Shown here: positions 54,900 to 64,000 of the stretch, in pieces
Layout: each line of letters starts with the position of its first letter
How positions within the stretch are numbered: the first letter of the stretch is position 1
Origin: an uncultured Actinomycetes bacterium
GTDB lineage: Bacteria; Actinomycetota; Acidimicrobiia; IMCC26256; JACDBD01
Reading direction: 5' to 3'
Length of the DNA stretch: 64,000 bases
NCBI GenBank assembly: GCA_963768605.1
Contig: CAVYIP010000002.1
Span: forward strand, 64,756 to 128,755
Translations under genes and position numbers: made by a program
Notes under the pieces: model-generated
What the model saw: only the letters and a program-made list of their open reading frames with translations
Told to the model about the DNA's origin: nothing
Databases searched by the model: none

Positions 54900-57800
54900 G
54901 GCAGTGTCGGCCACCGGTGCGTCCGTACTTTCCGCGATGCCGTCGACGTAGACGACGCGCTTCGTCCGCACCGCCGGCACGGTCGCGCCGGGCACGATCA
55001 GGCCGACGAGGTTCAAGGGGTCGGTCGCGTTCACGACGACCCGCTCACCGGACCGGGCCGTCTTCCGAACCCGCGTCAGCTCGTCGGCGGCATGCGGGAG
55101 CGCGTACTGCTCGCCGCTGAACCCGCTGACGAACCGTCCGCCGCGCACGAGACCGCGATCCTCCAGGCGGCGGAGGGCCCACTGGATGTCGCGCCACGGC
55201 ATGCGCAGCGAGTCGTGCACGGCGAGGTCACGGAACACGACGCCCCAGCGGTTGATGAGCTGCTCGGCGACGGCCTCGGCGAGCTCGTCGCGATCCACGT
55301 CGTCGCTGCCGCCGGGCACGACCGACCACCGCCCCGGCGACGCGCTCCCGCGAGCGCCGCGCCGCAGCCGCGACATGCGTCGCCCGTCCGACGCGCTGCG
55401 GACGCCGCTGATGCGCGCCCGGATGGCGCCGAAGCCGTCGCACATGACGAGCCCGCGCGCAACGCCGTCCCAGAGGCCCCGTTCGACGTCGTCGGGGAGA
55501 CGGCGGGTGGTGTCGACGAGGTCGGTGGCGAAGCACGCACCGCTGTCGCGCAGGGCCTGCACGATCTCCGCCGTCGCGCCCACCGAGGGCTCGGCCAGCT
55601 CGGTGCCCTGGCGGGCGGCGTCGAGCAGCCAGGCGAGATCGGCGCGGAACACGACCGCGATCGGTGTGGCCTTCGACGGCGCGCCGGCGGGAGCATCGGC
55701 TTCGCGAGCGCCCGGCGTGAGGCGGAGCCAGGCGACGTCGCCGTCGTGGCACAGCCGGTCGAGCCACCCGGGCTCGTAGTGGCGGAGCCGGCGCGCGAGC
55801 AGGTCGGGCTCCCACGTGACCGCGGCCGCCTCGAACCCCTGCAGCTGCTCGATGACCGAGACCAGCCCGGCCTCGCCGCTGAGCTGGGAATCGGGCGTGA
55901 CGTGCTGCCAGCGCAGGAGGAACCGCATGAAGTCCTGGGCCGTGACGGGCTCGACCCGCTCCCGCCGTGACCGCCGCGAGTAGGAGTGCATCCGCGCGAG
56001 GAGCCGGCGGGCGACCCACTCGGTCCCGTCCGCATCGGGTCGGTACGTCCCCTGCATCGCGAAGCCCTCGTGCTGCAACGCCGCCAGTGCCGACGCGACC
56101 GGCCCGGGGGCGAGCGTCGTCGTGGCGGCCAAGCCTTCGGCGGTCGTGATGCCGGAGATCTCGAGGTGTCCGCGGATCGCCCGCGTGACAGCGACGTCGT
56201 CGCCGGTGAGCGCACCCGCGGCGTCGTCACGAGCTTCGGTCGTGCACCAGAGACCGACGCCGTCGTGGTCGAGCACGGCGGTGCGACCGCGAGCCGCGAG
56301 CTCGTCGAACAACGGTTGCCAGTCGTCACGCGGCCGCACGAGCACGAGCGACGACAGCAGGTCGTGCAGGTCGTCGGCGGTGGCGGGCTCGGGCGCGATC
56401 TCGGAGTGCACCTGCTCGATGGCGTCGGGATCGAGCGACCCGATCGCGGTGAGATCGACCGTCAGGCCCCGCCGCAACGTGACCGCGTTCGTGCGGCGGT
56501 TCTGGAACTCCTCGTCGTCGAGGAACGCGTACGGCCGGGCGTTGATGATCTCGTGCGACAGCGCCGACGCCTCCGTCGTGTCGACGCAATGCACGGTGAC
56601 GTCGCCGCCCTCGATGCCCTCGAGCAGCACGCGCAGGCCGTCGACGTCGAGCGCCTCGTGCAGCGTGTCGCCGACCGTCTCGCGCACGAGCACGTGGTCC
56701 GGGATCTCGATCGGCCCCGTCTGGTTGTCCTGGCACGCCGCCGCCTGCGGGAACACCGCCGCCAGCAGGTCGTCGGACTCCATGCGCTGGATGGGCGGCG
56801 GGTTGCGCCGGCCGTTGCGGAAGCGCAAGACCATCAGCGCCCGGTTGAGGTTCCAGCGCCAGCGGGCCTGGAACATCGGCGAGTCGAGGATGGCGTGTTC
56901 GAGCGTGTCCTCGACGGTGGCGCTCCTGACGTAACGCGGCACCTCCTCGAGCGGGAAGCTGTGTGTGAGCCCGAGCGAGAGCACGATCGCGTCGTCGGTG
57001 GCGGCGGCCTGGAGCTCGAAGTCGAACGTGCGGCAGAACTTCTTGCGCAGCGCGAGCCCGAGCGCGCGGTTGATGCGCCCGCCGTACGGCGAGTGCACGA
57101 CCAGCTGCATCCCGCCGGTGTCGTCGAAGAACCGCTCGAGCACGAGCTGGCGCTGGGTGGGCATGGCGCCGAGGGCGGCGCGCCCGGCGGCGAGATAGTC
57201 GACGATCATGACGGCGGCTTCGGGCGGGATCCCGGCGGCGTCGATCAGCCACTGGCGGGCGTCGTCGGGACGGCCGGCGACCAGGCACTCGTCGACGTGG
57301 CGGCGCAGCTCGGAGACCTCGGTGGAGAGCTCCACCGTGCGGGCGGGCGCCTCCCCCAGCCAGAACGGGATGGTCGGCAACGCGCCGGCGGCGTCGCGCA
57401 CTCGCACGACGCCGGGCTCGATCCGGCGGATCTGCCAGGAGTGCGTGCCGAGCAGGAAGATGTCGCCCGCCATGGACTCGACGGCCCAGTCCTCGTTGAC
57501 GGTGCCGACGAACGTGTCGTCGGGCTCGGCCACCACCCGGTAGTCGCCGGTCTCGGGGATCGCGCCGCCCGACGTCGCGGCGGCGATGCGCGCGCCCTTG
57601 CGCCCGCGGAGCTCGCCGTTGACGGCGTCGTGGTGCACGTACGCGCCGCGACGCCCCCGCCCGGTCTCGATCCCGCCGGAGACGAGCTCGACGACCTCGT
57701 CGAACTCGGCGCGGGACAGCTCGGCGTACGGGGCGGCCCGTCGCACGAGCTCGTACAGCTCGTCGGTGCGCCACTCCTCCGCCGCCACCTCGGCGATGAT

Positions 57801-59106
57801 CTGCTGGGCGGCGATGTCGAGCGGCTGGTGCGGGAACTCGATGGCGTCGAGGCGACCGGCGCGCACCGCGGCCAGCAGCGCCGTGCATTCGACGAGCTCG
57901 TCGCGCGTCAGGGGATAGAGCCGCCCCTTGGGCGTGCCGGTGCGCGTGTGGTTCGAGCGGCCGACGCGTTGCAGGAACGTCGCGATGCTGCGGGGCGACC
58001 CGATCTGGCAGACGAGCTCGACGGGACCGATGTCGATGCCGAGCTCCAGCGACGCCGTCGCGACGAGCGCCTTGAGCGCGCCGGCACGCAGACGCGTCTC
58101 CACCCGCCACCGGCGCTCCTTGGAGAGACTGCCGTGGTGCGCGGCGACGACGTCGTCGCCCAGTCGCTCGCCGAGCTGGTGCGCGAGCCGTTCGGCCATG
58201 CGCCGCGTGTTGACGAACACGAGCGTCGTCTGATGGTGCGTGACGTGCTCGGCGATGTGGTTGATGACGTCGGACATCTGCTCGGCCGACGCGACCGCTT
58301 CGAGCTCGCCCTCGGGCAGCTCGAGCGTGACGTCGAGCGCGCGCTGGTGGCCGACGTCGACGATCTCCGGCAGTTGGACGCTCGCCGACGAGCAGCCGTC
58401 CGACCCGCTCGATGGGGCGCTGCGTCGCCGAGAGGCCGATGCGCGCCGGCCGCTGGTCACAGAGTGCCTCGAGGCGTTCCAGCGTGAGCGCGAGGTGGGA
58501 GCCGCGCTTGTCGCGGGCGACGGCGTGGATCTCGTCGACGATCACGGTCTCGGTGGTGCGCAGGGCTTCGCGGCCGCGCGCGCTCGTCACGAGGAGATAG
58601 AGCGACTCCGGTGTGGTGACCACGAAGCTGGGCGGCCGGCGCACCATCGCCGAGCGCTGCGAGCTCGTGGTGTCGCCCGTGCGCACTGCGACGCGGATCT
58701 CGGGCGAGTCGAGCCCGAGCTCGGCGGCGACGTCGGCGATCTCGGCGAGGGGCTGCTCGAGGTTCTCGCCGATGTCGACGGCCAGCGCCTTCAGCGGGGA
58801 GACGTACACGACCCGCGTCCCGGTCGAGACGTCGACGCCGCGGTCGTGGTCGCGGTAGAGCCGGTCGATCGCGACGAGGAAGGCGGCGAGCGTCTTCCCC
58901 GATCCGGTCGGCGCCGCGATCAGCGTGTCGGCGCCGGTGGCGATGTGCGGCCAGCCCTGGGCCTGCGCCTCGGTCGGGCCGTCGGGGAACCGGCGCCGGA
59001 ACCACTCGGCCACGGCCGGATGGAAGCCGTCGACGGCGAAGCCCTGGCCCCCCTGGCCGATCGGGGGCGCGAGCTCAGGTGCGGTCAGCTGGGTCACCTC
59101 GCTCAT
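54897..59106 (-). CDS. lhr: Lhr-family DEAD/DEAH-box helicase with C-terminal domain, frameshift near 58390
   Basis: [53 protein letters not shown]; C-terminal [15 protein letters not shown]. Confidence 0.93.
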
Positions 59107-59127
59107 TCTGCCGCGAGGGTATGACGG

Positions 59128-60136
59128 CTACAGCGTGGCGAAGGCCGACGATGCGGCGGCGAGGTCGTCGGCGAGGGCCGGGTCGCCCTCGACCTCCCGG
59201 GGCAGGGCCTCGGGCGCCAGCCGCTCCGAGACGCAGCGGCACCAGTCGACGACGTCGGCGGTGAACACGACGTCGGGGGTCTCGCCCACCTCGGCGAACC
59301 CGAAGGGGATCAGCCAGTCGCCGCCGCCGTCGCCGGTCAGCACGATCCGGGCCGTCTTGCCCGGACGGGCGCGGCCGACGACCTCGAGGGCCGCGGGCAT
59401 CGACGTGACCGACAGGTCGGCCATGCGACGCAGCGTCGACGGCGGCGGCGGTTCCAGATCGCGCCCGAGCACCCGGCGAAGGTCGTCGGTGTGTGTCCAG
59501 GTCTCGAACGCCCGTGTCACGAGCAACGAGTCGCGACTCACGGTGATGCCGAACACGTGCACGCTCGTATCGGGAGGACTCGCCGACGAACCACTGCCGG
59601 ATCGCGTCGACCGACGCGCGCCAGACCTCGCGCACTTCCCGCAACGGCCGGTCACGGAACCGCTCGACGAAGATCGCCGTGCGGCGCTCGATGTCGAGCT
59701 CGGTCACGTCGGGCACGGTCGGACGGCCGATCACCTGCGCGACCGTGCTCTCCATCGACGCGAGGTGGATCACGAGCTCGCGCACGGTAAGCCCGTTGAA
59801 GGTGCGCACGTCCAGCGACTCGTCAGTCATCTCGTCGAGCACGGCGTCGAAGCGGCTCGTCACATTTCGGTACACGGCCAGAAAGGGGTCGTCGTCGGTA
59901 CGAGCCGATCGACGGGCCCGCGCCGCGTCCAGCACGGTGTGGTGCAGCTCCGGCGGAGGCGTGAGCGCCTCGGTCGCGCCGATCCACGCCGCGGCCTTCC
60001 GAAGTCGCGCGACCTCCTGGGCGGCCTGCGGCGTCCGCTCGAGGTAGGCCTCGACTGCGACAGCCTCGTCGGCGTCCACCGCGTCGAGCGCGTACGCGCC
60101 GAGCAGCTCGTCGAGCATCGTGTCGTCGGTGCTCAT
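59128..60136 (-). CDS. Anti-sigma domain fused to an MDMPI (DinB-like) domain, frameshift near 59560
   Basis: LLGAYALDAVD...EVARL N-terminal domain; TVRELVIHL, FETWTHTDDL, LTGDGGGDW. Confidence 0.8.
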
Positions 60137-60139
60137 CGG

Positions 60140-60740
60140 CTACTCGCTCCTCCCCACGGTCTCGGTCTCGAGCACACCGGCGATGCGGCGCAGGCCCAGG
60201 CGCAGCCGGGACTTCGCCGTCCCTTCGGGGATGCCGAGCACCTCCGCCACCTGTCGGTAGGTCTTGCCGCCGAAGTACGCGAGCTGGATGGCGCGCTGTT
60301 GGTCGTCGGGAAGCGTCGCCAGCGCCGAGCGGACCCGCTCGGCGGTGACGAGCGCGATCGCCATCTCCTCGACGTCGGGGGTCGTCTCGGGCCGAGCGGC
60401 GTCCTTGATCGCGCGGCGACGGCGCGCTTCCTCGCGGCGGACGTGGTCGACGGCCCGGCGGTGGGCGAGGGTGCCGAGCCACGTGCGGAGCGATCCCCGG
60501 TCGGGATCGAACGCGTCCGGGCCGCTCCCAGAAGGTGACGAACACGTCCTGGGAGACGTCCTCGGCGGCGCGGGCGTCGCCGATGACCCGCAGCGCGAGC
60601 CCGTAGACGAATGATGCGAACTGGTCATAGATCTCGTTGAGCGCGCCTTCCTCGCCGGCGATCAGCCGGTCCCGCGTGGTGCGCTCCCACTGGCTCGGAC
60701 GGACGTCCCTGCCCGCCTGCCGTCCGACGTGCTCGGTCAC
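60140..60740 (-). CDS. SigK-like ECF sigma factor, frameshift near 60525
   Basis: AAEDVSQDVF, FDPDRGSLRTWL, AHRRAVD, LAYFGGKT, PEGTAKSRLR. Confidence 0.9.
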
Positions 60741-60764
60741 GCTCCTGCCCCCCACGTTCCGTAC

Positions 60765-60791
60765 TTCGTCACAACCCGTTCGCGCGGATCA
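60765..60791 (-). promoter_or_regulatory. Putative autoregulatory SigK-type promoter
   Basis: TGATCC-N17-CGAA upstream of the ECF gene; resembles SigK-type ATCC/CGAA elements. Confidence 0.5.
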
Positions 60792-60897
60792 CCGCGATTC
60801 GGGTCGAGGCGGACGCCTCGGCCCGCCGGATCATCCACCGCTCGAGCGGCGAAACGAACAGGTCTTAGGCTCCGCACGCGTGGCCAGGAGGATAGCT

Positions 60898-62307
60898 GTG
60901 GCAGACCGGTACGACCTCGTCATCGTCGGGATGGGCTCGGGCGGCATGGTGGCGGCCGAGTTCGCCGCCACGCTCGACCTCAAAGTTGCCGTCGCCGAGC
61001 GCGGCCGGGTCGGCGGTGATTGCCTGTGGACGGGCTGCGTCCCGAGCAAGGCGCTCCTGGCGGCGGGCAAGGTCGCGCACCACATGCGCACCGCCGACGA
61101 CTTCGGCATCGAGCCCGTGGAGCCCACGGTCGACCGGGGCAGCGTCTGGAAGCACATCAACGCCGTGCAGCAGGGGATCGCGTCGACCGACGACAACCCC
61201 CAGCGCTTCATCGACATGGGTATCGACATCGTCTACGGCCCGGCCAAGCTCACGGGCAAGAACACGGTGCAGGTCGGCGACCGCACGCTCGAGACCCGCT
61301 ACGTGCTGCTTTGCACCGGCAGCCGGCCCGGCCGATCCGCCCGATCGAAGGTCTCCACGAGGCCGGGCTTCGTCACGAGCGAGAGCCTCTTCGAGCTCGA
61401 GGAGGTCCGCCGGCCAGCTTCGTCGAACATCGGCGGCGGCCCGATCTGCGTCGAGATGGCGCAGGGCTTCACCCGGCTCGGCATCCCGGTCACGCTGCTC
61501 CAGAAGGGCCCGCGGATTCTTCCGCGGGACGAGCCCGCCCTCGTCGACAAGCTGGTCGACACGCTGCGCACCGAGGGCGTCGACCTGCGCTTCAACGTGA
61601 ACACCGAGAAGGTCACGGTCGAGAACGGCAAGAAGGTCGTTCACGGCACCGAGAACGGCAAGCCGGCGACGTGGTCGGCCGACGAGCTGCTCGTCGCGGT
61701 CGGCCGGGTGCCGAACAAGGAGGGCCTCGGCCTCGAGGAGCTCGGCATCGAGTGCACGCCGAAGGCGATCGTCGTCGACAACCGCGGGCGCACGAGCGTC
61801 GACACGGTCTACGCGTGCGGCGACGTCGCCGGGCGGTACCTGTTCACGCACTCGGCCGCGTACGAGGGCGTGCGGGCCGTGCGCGACATGTTCTTCCCGG
61901 GGAAGGGCAAGGTCGTGGCGGCCGTCCCGTGGTGCACGTTCACCGACCCCGAGCTCGCGCACACCGGTCTGACCGAGGCCGAGGCGCGCGCCAAGCACGG
62001 CGACAACATCCAGGTGTGGCAGATCGACCTCGAGCACAACGACCGCGCCCGCGCCGACGGCGCGTCCGAGGGCAGCATCATGATCATCACCGACAAGAAC
62101 AAGATCGTCGGCGCGCACATCCTCGCCCCGGCCGCCGGAGAGATGATCCACGAGTTCGCGCTCGCCATCGAAGAGGGCGTGAAGCTCAGCGAGCTCTCGC
62201 AGTTCATGCACGTGTACCCGACGTACGGCACGTCGATCGGGCAGCTCGCCGGCGAGGCCGCGTTCGAGAAGGCCGAGAAGCTGCGCTGGCTCGTCAAGCG
62301 CAAGTGA
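60898..62307 (+). CDS. Flavoprotein disulfide oxidoreductase (Lpd/MerA-like family)
   Basis: GMGSGG, GGDCLWTGCVPSK, AVGR, ACGD, FTH, FTDPE, HVYPT; locally garbled 61330-61430. Confidence 0.88.
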   Translation: MADRYDLVIVGMGSGGMVAAEFAATLDLKVAVAERGRVGGDCLWTGCVPSKALLAAGKVAHHMRTADDFGIEPVEPTVDRGSVWKHINAVQQGIASTDDNPQRFIDMGIDIVYGPAKLTGKNTVQVGDRTLETRYVLLCTGSRPGRSARSKVSTRPGFVTSESLFELEEVRRPASSNIGGGPICVEMAQGFTRLGIPVTLLQKGPRILPRDEPALVDKLVDTLRTEGVDLRFNVNTEKVTVENGKKVVHGTENGKPATWSADELLVAVGRVPNKEGLGLEELGIECTPKAIVVDNRGRTSVDTVYACGDVAGRYLFTHSAAYEGVRAVRDMFFPGKGKVVAAVPWCTFTDPELAHTGLTEAEARAKHGDNIQVWQIDLEHNDRARADGASEGSIMIITDKNKIVGAHILAPAAGEMIHEFALAIEEGVKLSELSQFMHVYPTYGTSIGQLAGEAAFEKAEKLRWLVKRK

Positions 62308-62326
62308 GGCCGTAGTCTCGGCAGTC

Positions 62327-62815
62327 ATGGCGGTCGAGCGGCTCGAGAACTCGCGCTGGGGCTTCGGGTCCAACTGCTTCGTCTGCGAACCGGCGAACGC
62401 TCGCGGGATGCAGGTCCCCTTCTCACACGACACCGACCGCGGCGTCGTGTTCGCCGACTTCACGCTGAGTACCGAGTACTCGGGTGCGCCGACCTACGTG
62501 CACGGCGGCGCCACGCTCGCGCTCATGGACGAGGGCATGAGCTGGGCCACGATCGCGCTGAGCGAGAAGTTCGCGTTCACGAAGGAGACGAGCGCCAGCT
62601 TCGACTGGCCCGTGCGCGTCGACCGCCCGTACCGCCTCGAGGTACGCGTGGTCGAGGAGGACGAGCGGCGCATCGTCACCGAGGCCGTCGTCCTCGACGC
62701 CAAGCAGCGGCCGTGCGTGACGGCCCGCGCCGAGATGGCGGTGCTGTCACCGGCGCAGGCTGTCGACGCCATCGGCGTCGAGCCCGGCGAGGACGAGGAG
62801 CACTACCTCCGCTGA
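62327..62815 (+). CDS. PaaI-family hotdog thioesterase
   Basis: CFVC, HGGATLALMDE. Confidence 0.82.
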   Translation: MAVERLENSRWGFGSNCFVCEPANARGMQVPFSHDTDRGVVFADFTLSTEYSGAPTYVHGGATLALMDEGMSWATIALSEKFAFTKETSASFDWPVRVDRPYRLEVRVVEEDERRIVTEAVVLDAKQRPCVTARAEMAVLSPAQAVDAIGVEPGEDEEHYLR

Positions 62816-62837
62816 CGGGCGACCCGGCCCGGGCGGG

Positions 62838-63550
62838 CTACCGCCGCTTCGCGGTGGTCCGTGCCGTCGTCTTGCGCGCGCGGTGCCGTCTTGCGGGCCG
62901 GAGCCTTCTTGGCGGGCCGGCTCCCGGCGTTCGACGATGGCTGCCGGATCGCCCGCTGCTCGCGCTCCCACTTGGCCTTCGCCCCATGGAGCATGAAGGC
63001 GATGACGATGTCCCCGACTCCCCAGATGATCACGAAGGCGGCGAGCAGGGTGACGACGAAGTAGAGCGTGACGTTCTCGCGGCCCAGCGCCAGGAACCCC
63101 AGCGCGATCGAGGCGAAGCCGCGGATCAGGTACAGCCACCAGTGCCGCATGCCGTAGGTGGCGAAGGCGGACAGGAGATCGAGGATCCCCCAGACGATCA
63201 GGGACCATCCGATGATCTCCACCAGGATGAACAGAGTGACGTCGGGCCAGCCGATCGCGAGGGCGCCGGCGGCGAACCGACAGCGCTCCGCCGATAACGT
63301 GCCATACCCAGTGGGCGGGTTGATCGAGGAGCGCGGCGAAGATGTGGAGAACGCCCCAGGAGATCAGGAAGATCCCCACGAAGAGGGCCACGGTGTAGAG
63401 GCCCACCCAGTCGAGCACCAGGGAGAGCACCACTGCACCGAACAGGACCGACAGAACCCCGGCTGCCAGGTACACCCAGGCCGCCCGGCCGGCGAAGTCG
63501 GAGATCGCGTCCCCCGTCCGCCGCTGGCTTGCCGTCATCGTCGCTGCCAT
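62838..63550 (-). CDS. HdeD/DUF308 membrane protein with basic tail, frameshifts near 63280 and 62880
   Basis: RBS GAGGAGG; six G-rich TM segments; tail PAKKAPARKTAPARKTTARTTAKRR* after removing one base. Confidence 0.75.
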
Positions 63551-63633
63551 CGGGCACCCCTCCTCGGTTTGCCGCCCATTCATCTTGACGGCACCGGCAC
63601 GGCAAGTGGTGGGTTTCCGACCCCCGCGCCGAG

Positions 63634-63642
63634 TTATCCACA
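63634..63642 (+). promoter_or_regulatory. Perfect DnaA box
   Basis: TTATCCACA in the intergenic region. Confidence 0.45.
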
Positions 63643-63669
63643 GGCTGGAGGCGCTGATCGCGGTGTGGT

Positions 63670-64000
63670 TCAGCTCTCGGCGGCGAGTCGCGCCCTTCGT
63701 TCCTGTTCCTCGTCGGTCGGAGTATCGAACTCGAACGAGCCCCGATCGACCTCGCCGGCACGCCGGTAGGTGGCCATGACGACCCCGGTGCTCGATGTCG
63801 TCGAGTCGACGAGTCGGAGGCCGCCCGCCGTCGCCCCCCTCCCGAAGAGCTGCTTCCCGGGACCGACGACGACAGGGAACGTCCAGATCCGGAACTCGTC
63901 GACCAGATCGTGGGCGAGCAGCGTCTGGAGAAGATCGCTGCTTCCCTGCGTGATGATGTCGGGGCCGTCCTCGGTCTTGAGCTTGGCCACCGCATCGGCG
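63670..64000 (-). CDS. Dihydrofolate reductase/RibD C-terminal-domain protein (5' part outside the window)
   Basis: GSSDLLQTL, LVDE, PVVVGPGKQLF, TGVVMATY. Confidence 0.85.
   Translation of the reverse strand, partial: ADAVAKLKTEDGPDIITQGSSDLLQTLLAHDLVDEFRIWTFPVVVGPGKQLFGRGATAGGLRLVDSTTSSTGVVMATYRRAGEVDRGSFEFDTPTDEEQERRARLAAES

Noticed and set aside
54776-55120. Leaderless 114-aa ORF after TACGCT
   Set aside because: Low-complexity translation and 224-bp antisense overlap with lhr; a structured-RNA reading fits better, though a peptide is not excluded
60898-62307. Mercuric reductase MerA
   Set aside because: No C-terminal Cys-Cys pair, no NmerA domain and no mer genes; the MerR protein at 36302 lacks Cys

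Overview
Very GC-rich (roughly 70% by eye), gene-dense chromosomal segment of an actinobacterium. The gene content (SigF/UsfX-type modules, mycothiol-dependent MDMPI proteins, an F420-type LLM enzyme, leaderless genes) fits a non-mycolate lineage such as Acidimicrobiia; this is an inference. About 60 genes are present: a TPP riboswitch with thiN-thiBPQ, a two-component system followed by ribB, a scattered menaquinone cluster (menG, F, D, H, C, A, B), a CrtQ/CrtO-like pair, three ECF sigma systems, a mirror-image double SigF/anti-sigma partner-switching locus, Lhr helicase and many lipid/acyl-CoA enzymes. About 25 genes carry small frame breaks, most likely long-read indel errors, so several long ORFs in the track are false fusions. 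I saw no tRNA, rRNA, CRISPR array, transposase or prophage. Features not explained by the ORF track: (i) a 56-bp intergenic element present twice, 21 kb apart, with four compensatory base-pair swaps; (ii) a ~120-nt candidate structured RNA with its own -10 box; (iii) the head-to-head duplicated anti-sigma/SigF locus with a SigF-type promoter on its STAS gene; (iv) a tandem-MerR regulator coupled to menG-menF, with menH inverted inside the men run; (v) pervasive leaderless-type promoters. All product calls come from motif recognition by eye; no database search was run.
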